Shown: one piece after another, positions 9,026 through 16,669 of the stretch
Layout: every line of letters begins with the position of its first letter
How positions within the stretch are numbered: position 1 is the stretch's first letter
Source of the DNA: Planctomycetota bacterium
Lineage (GTDB): Bacteria; Planctomycetota; Phycisphaerae; WQYP01
Reading direction: 5' to 3'
DNA: 34,842 bases
Assembly (NCBI GenBank): GCA_021780285.1
Contig: JAJXZA010000064.1
Location: 1 to 34,842 of the forward strand
Position numbers and translations under genes: made by a program
Notes under the pieces: generated by a model
Seen by the model: the letters and a program-made list of their open reading frames with translations, nothing else
Databases searched by the model: none
What the model was told of the DNA's origin: nothing

Positions 9026-9808
9026 ATGAGCACCCGTAAGTTTTTAATCGCCGGCAACTGGAAGATGAACCTCTCGCGCGCCAAAGCGGTGGAGCTGGCC
9101 CAGGGCCTGGTCAAACACTTCCCGGCAGGTTCACCGGCGCAGGTGGCCCTTATACCCACGTTTGTGCACCTTGAAGCCGTGGGGGCCATCATCAAAGGCT
9201 CTCCCATGAAGCTCGGCGCACAAGACGCCTACTTTGAAAAACCCGGCGCATTTACCGGCGAGGTAAGCTGCGAACAACTCGCTGAACTGGCCGTGCAATA
9301 TGTACTCGTCGGCCACAGCGAGCGGCGGCACATTCTGCACGAGGCCGACAGCCTGCTGAACAAAAAACTTCTGGGGGTTCTCGCCGGCAACATGACCGCC
9401 GTGCTATGCGTCGGCGAAACGCTCGACCAGCGCAAAGGCAATCAGACGCAGCAGGTGGTGCAGACGCAACTGCAGCATGGCCTTGCAGGCGTGCCGACAA
9501 GCGCCGTTGAGCAGGGCCGGCTGGTGGTTGCCTACGAACCGGTATGGGCCATCGGCACCGGCCTTACCGCCACGCCGGAACAAGCTCAGGAAGTGCATCA
9601 ATTTATTCGTGAGCGGCTCGCGGGGCAGTTTGGCCACGGCCTGGCACAGAGCGTGCAAATTCAATATGGTGGATCGGTAAAAAAGGCCAGCGCCCATTCG
9701 CTGCTGAGCCAACCTGATATTGACGGCCTGCTCGTAGGCGGCGCCAGCCTTATTGTTGAAGAGTTTGCCGGCATTATCGCAGCGGCGGCAACCGCCAAGG
9801 CCGCGTGA
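9026..9808 (+). CDS. tpiA: triosephosphate isomerase
   Basis: 260 aa. AGNWKMN, VGHSERR, AYEPVWAIGTG and YGGSV motifs. Confidence 0.97.
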   Translation: MSTRKFLIAGNWKMNLSRAKAVELAQGLVKHFPAGSPAQVALIPTFVHLEAVGAIIKGSPMKLGAQDAYFEKPGAFTGEVSCEQLAELAVQYVLVGHSERRHILHEADSLLNKKLLGVLAGNMTAVLCVGETLDQRKGNQTQQVVQTQLQHGLAGVPTSAVEQGRLVVAYEPVWAIGTGLTATPEQAQEVHQFIRERLAGQFGHGLAQSVQIQYGGSVKKASAHSLLSQPDIDGLLVGGASLIVEEFAGIIAAAATAKAA

Positions 9809-9878
9809 GGCGGGCCTCGATTAACGACCCCGGCAGCCGCATAGCCAAGCGGCCCACAGCATTAAAGGAAAGCTCGAT

Positions 9879-10325
9879 ATGACGACATTTTTATTTATTA
9901 TTTTTACGCTCATCAGCCTGCTGATGATTTTGGTGGTTTTGGTGCAGCGCGGTCGCGGCGGCGGCCTGATCGGAGCATTTGGCGCTGCGGGCGGCGGCAC
10001 CGCTTTTGGCACAAAAACCGGCGATGTGTTTACCTGGGTTACTGTCGTACTTTTCGCGATGTTTATCGCGCTGGCGATATTTTTGAATTGGCGCGTTCAG
10101 GGTGTTGAAGTGCCGGCCTCGGCTGCCACAACTCAAACCAGCGCCGCCGGTGCGGCAGGCGCAAGCGGCCAGGCGGGCACGCCCGCAACCGCCAAGCCAA
10201 TGGCCAAAGTCGCCGCGGCGACCCAGGCCGCAGCTACGCAGGCGGCAACCGCTCCGGCCAAGGCTGCGGTTAAAGCCGCCGTCAATAATACGAAAGCGGC
10301 CGCCCCCGGAACTGCCAAGCCATAA
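9879..10325 (+). CDS. secG: preprotein translocase subunit SecG with a long Ala/Thr/Gln-rich C-terminal tail
   Basis: LVVLVQRGRGGGLIGAFGAAGGG...TKTGDVFTWVTVVLFAMFIALAIFL is the SecG two-TM core. The position after tpiA is the conserved one. About 70 extra low-complexity residues follow. Confidence 0.85.
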   Translation: MTTFLFIIFTLISLLMILVVLVQRGRGGGLIGAFGAAGGGTAFGTKTGDVFTWVTVVLFAMFIALAIFLNWRVQGVEVPASAATTQTSAAGAAGASGQAGTPATAKPMAKVAAATQAAATQAATAPAKAAVKAAVNNTKAAAPGTAKP

Positions 10326-10405
10326 TTTTGTCTGGCGACGGCAGCATACTTGCAGGCCTATGCCACCGCCCCGTTGCCAGTGGGCTGCCTTTGCTTGGAG
10401 CTTTG

Positions 10406-11302
10406 ATGATTCTCAGCATGACCGGTTATGGTTCTGCCAGTGCACAGGCTCAAGGCCTGGTATGCCAGGTTGAGTTGCGCGCCGTCAACAACCGCTTCTT
10501 TAAAATAAGCATCCGCCTCGACGAACACCTTGCCGACTGCGAAGTGGAGATCGAGCGGCTGATTCGATCAAAAATCGCCCGCGGTTCGGTTACAGTAAAA
10601 GTTACCCTTCGCGGCGAAGCCATCGAAACGGTATCGCCCGTCAATGCCGCAGCCGCAAAACTATACCTTCAGCAAATGCTCGCCATCGCCGAGTCGCAGC
10701 CGATAGCCGGGGGCGGCCAGTATACGCTCGACCTTCCCACCCTGTTGACGCTGCCGGGCGTATGTATGCAGCCCGTCGAGAGCGAAGAATTACACGAAAC
10801 CGCCCGCAACATGGTAACCAAGCTGGTGCAACAGGCGCTGGATCAACTGCTGCAGATGCGCCGCCGGGAGGGCGAATCTTTGGCGGCCGACCTGACCAAA
10901 CACCTCGATCGCATCGGCGCGGGCTTGCAGCAAATTAAACTCCAGGCGCCGCAGGTGGTTGCGCAATATCACCAAAGGCTGCGGGCGCGGGTGCAGCAAT
11001 TGGTGTCTGATGCCAAGCTGTCGCTTAACGATGCCGACCTTCTGCGCGAGGTGGCGCTCTTTGGCGACCGGGCCGACATCAGCGAGGAGTTGGCCCGCCT
11101 GCAGGGGCATCTCGATCAATTCACCGAAACCTGCCGCGATGAAGCCGAGGCGGGCCGCAAGCTCGAGTTTATCGCCCAGGAGATGCTGCGCGAGGCCAAC
11201 ACCATCGGCAGTAAGGCCAGCGACAGCGCCATCGCCCGGTGCACGGTGGACATCAAAAGCGCCATTGACCGCATTAAGGAGCAGGTGCAGAACGTGGAAT
11301 AG
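10406..11302 (+). CDS. yicC: YicC-family stress-induced protein (endoribonuclease YicC-like)
   Basis: MILSMTGYGSA is the family N-terminus (ATG at 10406). The C-terminal block KLEFIAQEMLREANTIGSKA is the family signature. The track ORF starts at 10328. Confidence 0.85.
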   Translation: MILSMTGYGSASAQAQGLVCQVELRAVNNRFFKISIRLDEHLADCEVEIERLIRSKIARGSVTVKVTLRGEAIETVSPVNAAAAKLYLQQMLAIAESQPIAGGGQYTLDLPTLLTLPGVCMQPVESEELHETARNMVTKLVQQALDQLLQMRRREGESLAADLTKHLDRIGAGLQQIKLQAPQVVAQYHQRLRARVQQLVSDAKLSLNDADLLREVALFGDRADISEELARLQGHLDQFTETCRDEAEAGRKLEFIAQEMLREANTIGSKASDSAIARCTVDIKSAIDRIKEQVQNVE

Positions 11303-11334
11303 CCCCCCGGCTGTTTTACCCTGCCGCACATGCC

Positions 11335-11967
11335 ATGTCGCAAGCAGCAAGCCCATCACAACCCGCAACCCCATCCGCCGCAGGCGGTCTTTTGGTATTT
11401 GTTTCCGGCCCGTCGGGTGTAGGCAAATCAACCATTTGCCGCCGGCTTGCCTGCGATTTACCGGCCGAATTCGCCGTTTCGGCCACCACCCGGGCCGGCA
11501 AGCCCCAAGATGCCCTTGGCAAAAAATACCTCTTTATATCCGAGGCCGAGTTTAAACAAAGGCTTGAAAATAACGAGTTTTTGGAATATGCTAATGTGTT
11601 CGGCCATTGGTATGGCACCTTAAAGCAGCCAGTGGTCGAAAGCCTAGCGGCGGGCAAAATGGTGCTGCTGGAAATAGATGTTCAGGGCGGCAGCCAGATA
11701 CACCGAATGTTCCCCGAAGCGGTGGGAATTTTTATTATGCCCCCCGCCGAAAAAGACCTGATTGCCCGCCTGCAATCGCGCGGGCGCGATGATGCCGCGG
11801 CCATACAACGCCGCGTGGCCGAGGCCGCCGCCGAGGTTAAAGCCGCCTGCGAATCGGGCGCTTATCGGTTTATGGTTGTCAATCAGGTGCTGGTTGAGGC
11901 CATTGAGGATATTAAGCGGTTTGTCGCCGCGGTCCGCCAGCCGCCAAACCCGCTGCGGCAGTTGTAG
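11335..11967 (+). CDS. gmk: guanylate kinase
   Basis: P-loop SGPSGVGKST, TTRAGKP, EYANVFGHWYGT. It sits in the conserved yicC-gmk-rpoZ context. Confidence 0.93.
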   Translation: MSQAASPSQPATPSAAGGLLVFVSGPSGVGKSTICRRLACDLPAEFAVSATTRAGKPQDALGKKYLFISEAEFKQRLENNEFLEYANVFGHWYGTLKQPVVESLAAGKMVLLEIDVQGGSQIHRMFPEAVGIFIMPPAEKDLIARLQSRGRDDAAAIQRRVAEAAAEVKAACESGAYRFMVVNQVLVEAIEDIKRFVAAVRQPPNPLRQL

Positions 11968-12071
11968 CAGGCGGTCATCTGCGGTGCTGTACCGCGATGC
12001 GTTGCGGAAGTGAATAACACCCATGCGAGCCGCGGCCTTAAACCAAGGCCGCCTTAACAGGAGCCACCACC

Positions 12072-12329
12072 GTGATTGAAGCAATCAAAAGTGATGAAAT
12101 TGTTCACAAGCTTGGCGGACGATTCAAGCTGTGCGCACTGGTGCAGCGCCGCCTCGGCGAACTCATCGGCGGCGCCCGGCCCCTGGTGGAACGCAACGGC
12201 CGCACCGACCTCGAACTGGTCATTGAAGAAATTCTGCAGGACAAAATCGCCATTGATTACGAAAAGTGCCCCGGCATCTCCAAACCGGCGGATGCCCTGG
12301 GACGCCGCCACGAAACCGCCAAAAAATAA
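12072..12329 (+). CDS. rpoZ: DNA-directed RNA polymerase omega subunit (probable)
   Basis: 85 aa with a GTG start and AGGAG 8 nt upstream. The position between gmk and coaC is the conserved omega position. The N-terminus MIEAIKSDEIVHKLGGRFKLCALVQRRL resembles planctomycete-type omega from memory. The family is short and divergent. Confidence 0.65.
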   Translation: MIEAIKSDEIVHKLGGRFKLCALVQRRLGELIGGARPLVERNGRTDLELVIEEILQDKIAIDYEKCPGISKPADALGRRHETAKK

Positions 12330-12389
12330 TCGCGGCATATTTACCCATGATGCGCCGCAAACCCGCACCCGCTGCGAGGGTAACTCTCT

Positions 12390-12971
12390 ATGAGCCAGCC
12401 TTCTGTTACAACTCAACGCCAGGTGCTGGTATGCGTGTGCGGCGGTATTGCGGCCTATAAAGTTTGCCATGTCGTAAGCCGCCTGGTTCAGCGCGGCGTG
12501 GATGTTAATGTCGCCATGACCGCCAACGCCCGGCAGTTCGTCGGAGCGGCAACATTTGAAGCGCTTAGCGGCCGCCCCGTTCACACCGATCTATGGCATA
12601 ATCTTGCCGGCGAGCAGCATCAAGACCCGCCGCATATTCGCCTGGCCCGCGACGCCGACCTTATTGTAGTCGCCCCCGCCACGGCCAACATGATCGCCAA
12701 AATGGCCCACGGCCTTGCCGACGACCTCGTAAGCTCGCTGCTGCTGGCGGCCAATCCGGCAAAAGTATTCGCCGCACCCGCCATGAACGAAGGCATGCTG
12801 CAACACCCTGCAACGCAGCGCAATCTGGCTGCGGTGGCCACTTTGGGTGTAACGCTCATCGGCCCGGATGAAGGCTGGCAGGCCTGCCGCACCACCGGCA
12901 AAGGCCGCATGACCGAACCGGAAGAAATTCTCATAACTATTCTTCAGCGACTGGGCCTGAAACCGGGCTGA
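12390..12971 (+). CDS. coaC: phosphopantothenoylcysteine decarboxylase flavoprotein (stand-alone CoaC domain)
   Basis: 193 aa. The blocks VCVCGGIAAYK, PATANMIAKMAHGLADDL and PAMN are typical of the Dfp N-terminal (HFCD) domain. No CoaB domain follows. Confidence 0.85.
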   Translation: MSQPSVTTQRQVLVCVCGGIAAYKVCHVVSRLVQRGVDVNVAMTANARQFVGAATFEALSGRPVHTDLWHNLAGEQHQDPPHIRLARDADLIVVAPATANMIAKMAHGLADDLVSSLLLAANPAKVFAAPAMNEGMLQHPATQRNLAAVATLGVTLIGPDEGWQACRTTGKGRMTEPEEILITILQRLGLKPG

Positions 12972-12989
12972 GTTTTGCCATAATTAAAT

Positions 12990-13158
12990 TAGGGCCTGTA
13001 AAGAAATAATATGTACTGATATGGCGAGGGAATTTTGGCCGTCGGCGAGGCGTGAGCGACGCGCATACCCCGCCTGGTGGGTCTGTAAGGAGCGAGTAAC
13101 CAAGCCGGCGGCCAAAAGAACCAGCCAGATTGTACCGGCTATTTATTTACAGGCCCTA
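12990..13158 (+). ncRNA. candidate structured small RNA (6S-like or unknown), or alternatively a MITE-like inverted-repeat element; strand uncertain
   Basis: No ORF. The outer helix pairs 12990-13008 with 13140-13158 (18 of 19 complementary). The nested 14-bp helix pairs 13033-13046 with 13104-13117 (one G-U). The 57-nt GC-rich apex contains a GTAA loop at 13085-13088. CATAAT at 12979-12984, with CTGAAA 16 nt upstream, would place a + strand start at the first paired base. Confidence 0.3.
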
Positions 13159-13296
13159 CAGTAACTATGCCACAGATGCCCTGCGCCAGCTTGTACGCGG
13201 TACAGCCAAAACTTACCACCACACAACGACAAGGCCTCGCCCGCCTCTGATTGGCTCCAATGCCTGCCGTGCCGGGCCGCAGTATTAATTCATGGC

Positions 13297-13740
13297 TTAT
13301 TTTAGATTCTCGCCGATGCTCGCTGCCAGCGACTGCGCAGCGGCGGTATCGAGCTTGCCGGCGGGCCACGGCACATGAAAGCTGTCGCCGAGCCGCCGTG
13401 GAATAATGTGATAATGCAGGTGTGCCACCGATTGCATCGCCTCAACGCCGCTGTTGAGCAGCACATGGCAGGCCGGGCAATTTACCGCCTGTGTTACCGC
13501 ACGCGCGAGCTTCGGCAACCTTCGCCCAAGTTCGGCCATCAGTTCGGCAGGCGCGGCCATAACAGTGGCGTGATGCGCTTTGGGTATCACCAGCACATGG
13601 CCGGGCGTAACGGGGCCTATGTCTAAAAAGCTCAGCACCACATCATCTTCATAAATACGGTGACACGGAATACTGCCGGCGACAATGCGGCAGAATATGC
13701 ACGATTCATCGTGCGGCTTAGCCGGGTTATTTGCAGCCAT
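13297..13740 (-). CDS. HIT (histidine triad) family nucleotide hydrolase
   Basis: CIFCRIVAG N-terminal motif and the histidine triad HLHYHIIP. I chose the ATG at 13740, which has AAGGAGG 7 nt upstream. The track start at 13746 is a TTG. Confidence 0.9.
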   Translation of the reverse strand: MAANNPAKPHDESCIFCRIVAGSIPCHRIYEDDVVLSFLDIGPVTPGHVLVIPKAHHATVMAAPAELMAELGRRLPKLARAVTQAVNCPACHVLLNSGVEAMQSVAHLHYHIIPRRLGDSFHVPWPAGKLDTAAAQSLAASIGENLK

Positions 13741-13764
13741 GGGCAATCCTCCTTGCTGTTAACG

Positions 13765-14268
13765 TTACGGCGCCAGCGGCAGCACCATTTCATGATACGT
13801 TGTACGAAAACCAACCGATTGAAATAACCGCACCGCTGGTGCATTAGGCTCAGCCGCCATCAAGCGCAATTGTCGCACGCCCTGCGAGCGTGCCCATGCG
13901 GCAGCGTAGCGCACAAGCTCACGGCCAACCCCCTGCCGCCGGGTAGCATCAGCCACGGCCATGTCGTGAATAAATGCATAACGCACGTCGGCATAAATGG
14001 GAATGTCATCGAGTAACCCTGCCACCAGCGAGCCAACAACCGCGCCCGGCTCATGAGCCAGCTCGGCCACCGCAATCAGCCAGCCTGAAGCGTTAACATT
14101 GGCCCCAAGCCAGCGCTCATAGCGCGGGCGGATGTCCGCCTTAAGCTGCCAGCGCAGCGGCCAGTAGGTTTCGTGCTGACGCTCCACCAGCAGACAAAGT
14201 TCTACCACCGCCGCGAGATCGTCCGAGGTTGCGGGCCGCACAATCACCGCTTGAGAGGGCGTGGTCAT
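13765..14268 (-). CDS. GNAT-family N-acetyltransferase
   Basis: VIVRPATSDDL N-terminus and the acetyl-CoA block RRQGVGRELVRYAAAWA (R/Q-x-x-G-x-G/A). The ATG at 14268 avoids an 80-nt overlap with pfk that the longer ORF (to 14415) would create. Confidence 0.8.
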   Translation of the reverse strand: MTTPSQAVIVRPATSDDLAAVVELCLLVERQHETYWPLRWQLKADIRPRYERWLGANVNASGWLIAVAELAHEPGAVVGSLVAGLLDDIPIYADVRYAFIHDMAVADATRRQGVGRELVRYAAAWARSQGVRQLRLMAAEPNAPAVRLFQSVGFRTTYHEMVLPLAP

Positions 14269-14335
14269 GGGGCCGCATACCTCTATAAATTGCGCCGAGC
14301 CGATGAAGCCCCGGCATATGGGGCTGCTGGCGACA

Positions 14336-15565
14336 TCACAGCTTGCCCGGCCGGAATAACTCGCCCACCAGCGGTTTGGCATATTTAATAAAGCCGGCGC
14401 CAATATCGCAGCCATTGATTACAAAGGTCGGATCAAGTGATTTGGTTTGACGGGCCACATTGGACAAAGCCGTCGGAAACGTTTCAATTTTGTAGGGGGT
14501 TTCGCTGATGCGTCTCATGGCAACCGAGCCGCTGGCCAGGCCTTCCGGCGCGGTCAGGGCGTACTCAACCGCTTTACGCCCGCACAGGCGGGCCTCGTGG
14601 GCATCGGACGGGCTTACAATAGTGGGAAAGCTGCGCTGCAAATAGCCGAAGGTATCGGCCCGCACGCGCAGTTTGCCGCCGGTTTTTTCCTGCAAGGGGG
14701 CGCCGAGTTTGCTCTTAACCAGATCGCTTAAAAAATCACCCAGAGCACCGGTGCCTGAAAGCTGCTTGTTGCCATGGGCGTCTACTTCGCCGCCGGAGAC
14801 AACTTTTTCGGTCACGAGGCTGTGCTTATCGCCGGCTTTATACCGAATGCCTTCGCTCACCGCCACCACGCAGCGACCCAACTTGGTGTACACGCGGTCA
14901 ATGTCGGCGAGGAACTTGTCGTCGCTGAAATCAACTTCAGGCACATATATAAGGTGCGGGCCGTCGCCCTCGTCGCAGCGCGCCAGGGCGGAAGCGGCGG
15001 TCAGCCAGCCGGCGTCGCGTCCCATGATCACGTCAATTTTCACACCCTTAAGCGAGCGGTTGTCCAGGTCGTCGCCCATCAGCGCCAGGGCCACAAACCG
15101 CCCCGCCGAGCCATAGCCCGGGCAGTGATCGGTGGTTCGCAGGTCGTTGTCAATGGTTTTGGGCACATGATAAACCCGCAGCGGATAGCCCGATTTGACG
15201 GCCATTTCGCTGATGATGCGGGCGGTATCCGCCGAGTCGTTGCCGCCGATGTAGAAAAAATATTCGACGGCATGCTTTTTAAACGATTCGAAAATCTTCT
15301 GGCAATAGGCCTCATCCGGCTTATCGCGCGTGGAACCTAAGGCGCTCGAAGGCGTAAGGGCGACGCGTTCGAGCAGGTCGGCAGGTACATCGTTAAGCGT
15401 AATAAAGTCGCTTTGAATAATACCCTTTACGCCGTGGCGTGCGCCCAAAATGCGATCTACCTTGCCTTGCTTTTTGAGTTCATCGATAACGCCCACCAGC
15501 GATTGGTTGATGACCGCGGTAGGCCCGCCTGATTGCCCGATAACCGCGTTACCTTTACCAGCCAT
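14336..15565 (-). CDS. pfp: 6-phosphofructokinase, predicted pyrophosphate-dependent type
   Basis: 409 aa. GQSGGPTAVINQS, IGGNDS, PKTIDNDL and MGRDAGWL motifs. Asp at the E. coli Gly104 equivalent and Lys at the Gly124 equivalent are the established PPi-specificity markers. AAGGAG RBS. Confidence 0.88.
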   Translation of the reverse strand: MAGKGNAVIGQSGGPTAVINQSLVGVIDELKKQGKVDRILGARHGVKGIIQSDFITLNDVPADLLERVALTPSSALGSTRDKPDEAYCQKIFESFKKHAVEYFFYIGGNDSADTARIISEMAVKSGYPLRVYHVPKTIDNDLRTTDHCPGYGSAGRFVALALMGDDLDNRSLKGVKIDVIMGRDAGWLTAASALARCDEGDGPHLIYVPEVDFSDDKFLADIDRVYTKLGRCVVAVSEGIRYKAGDKHSLVTEKVVSGGEVDAHGNKQLSGTGALGDFLSDLVKSKLGAPLQEKTGGKLRVRADTFGYLQRSFPTIVSPSDAHEARLCGRKAVEYALTAPEGLASGSVAMRRISETPYKIETFPTALSNVARQTKSLDPTFVINGCDIGAGFIKYAKPLVGELFRPGKL

Positions 15566-15758
15566 GAGATATCTCCTTCAAGCGCCGCGTGCGGCCGGCC
15601 GGCGCGTAATCATTGGCGATGGAGAGATCAACCGGTCCATCGCGCCGCCTACATAAAGTATATGAAAACAGGTGCGGCGCAAAGTGGTTACTTGAGGGGT
15701 CGCCGGTTACGCTTCAGCGGGTGTCGGCGGCACATGGCAAAACGCAATGCGCCGCGTT

Positions 15759-16625
15759 TCACTCACCTTTGCCTATGACCGCTATGCCCAGCTCATCGGC
15801 CAGGGCAAGCATTTTTGGCTTTTCCAACATGATGGTGCGGCCCGTTTGCAGAACCAGCGCTGCAGCGCCGGCCTGTTTCAAATTGTGCAGCGTTTTTTCG
15901 CCCACGGTGGGCACGTCAAAGCGTATGTCCTGATTGGGATTGCTGGCCTTGCACAAAACCCAGCCGCCGCGGCGGCACAGCAAACCGGCGCGCTCAATCA
16001 TGCGGTCGGTGCCTTCCATGGCTTCAACCGCGACAATTTCGCGATCTTTACACGCAATGCTCTGGCCTACCAGCAACGCATTCATCTGCTGCAGCAGCGG
16101 CCAGGCAAAGGCGATATCCGCCAAAACCTCGGCACTGGGCCGAACGCGGTTCATGAACCCTTCGGTTGCCAGCAGTTCACCTATATACGGTCGAACGTCA
16201 ATAAGCGTGATGCCTCCATCTGAAAGCTCATCCGCAACGGCCCGCAGCAACCGATCGCTGCGTTTATCGTGCCGGAGTCGGACAAACCATACGCGAATCG
16301 TCCTCCAATCGGGCACATAACGCAAGAAGTACCAGCGGTCGTAAATGCGCTCTTTGGCGACGCGGCCCACCATGATGGCCTGCCGCACCCCGTGACGTCG
16401 GAACAATCGTATCCACTGATTGATGCGAATAAGCCCCACGCGCTTGAGTACATGCGACTGCTGCGCGAGGAGCGATTCTTCTGCCTGGCCGGCCAGTGCC
16501 GCCACCACTACCCGGTGCCCGGCGGCCACCAGCCCCTGGGCCACCGACACCGGCAACATGCCTTGGCCGGCAATGATGCCGACGGTTTCGCCGGCCTGCA
16601 ACTCCGTTGCCTCGCTCGGTGGCAT
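15759..16625 (-). CDS. lpxI: LpxI-family (DUF1009) UDP-2,3-diacylglucosamine diphosphatase
   Basis: The blocks GIIAGQGMLP, VAVEAMEGTDRMIERAG and FDVPTVGEKT are typical of DUF1009/LpxI. I chose the ATG at 16625, which has GAAAGGAG 5 nt upstream. The track ORF starts at 16664. Confidence 0.8.
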   Translation of the reverse strand: MPPSEATELQAGETVGIIAGQGMLPVSVAQGLVAAGHRVVVAALAGQAEESLLAQQSHVLKRVGLIRINQWIRLFRRHGVRQAIMVGRVAKERIYDRWYFLRYVPDWRTIRVWFVRLRHDKRSDRLLRAVADELSDGGITLIDVRPYIGELLATEGFMNRVRPSAEVLADIAFAWPLLQQMNALLVGQSIACKDREIVAVEAMEGTDRMIERAGLLCRRGGWVLCKASNPNQDIRFDVPTVGEKTLHNLKQAGAAALVLQTGRTIMLEKPKMLALADELGIAVIGKGE

Positions 16626-16669
16626 GAAAGCTCCTTTCGTTACCTGCGGCGGCTTAAAACGCACTGCGG

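Noticed and set aside
10120-10320. Repetitive GCN-rich DNA that could be mistaken for a repeat array; a similar Gln/Ala codon-rich stretch lies at 23400-24300
   Set aside because: Both are in-frame low-complexity coding sequence (the SecG tail and the helical region of the 1200-aa protein). There is no repeat-spacer periodicity, so they are not CRISPR or tandem-repeat loci.
12990-13158. 169-nt element as SRP RNA, a tRNA or a dif site
   Set aside because: TCT-GTAA-GGA superficially resembles the SRP domain IV tetraloop, but the conserved AGCA/GGAAGCAGC strand is absent (GGAGCGAGT instead). There is no tRNA T-loop or acceptor features. ATAATTAAAT at 12980-12989 matches only about 6 of 11 positions of the XerD arm of dif.
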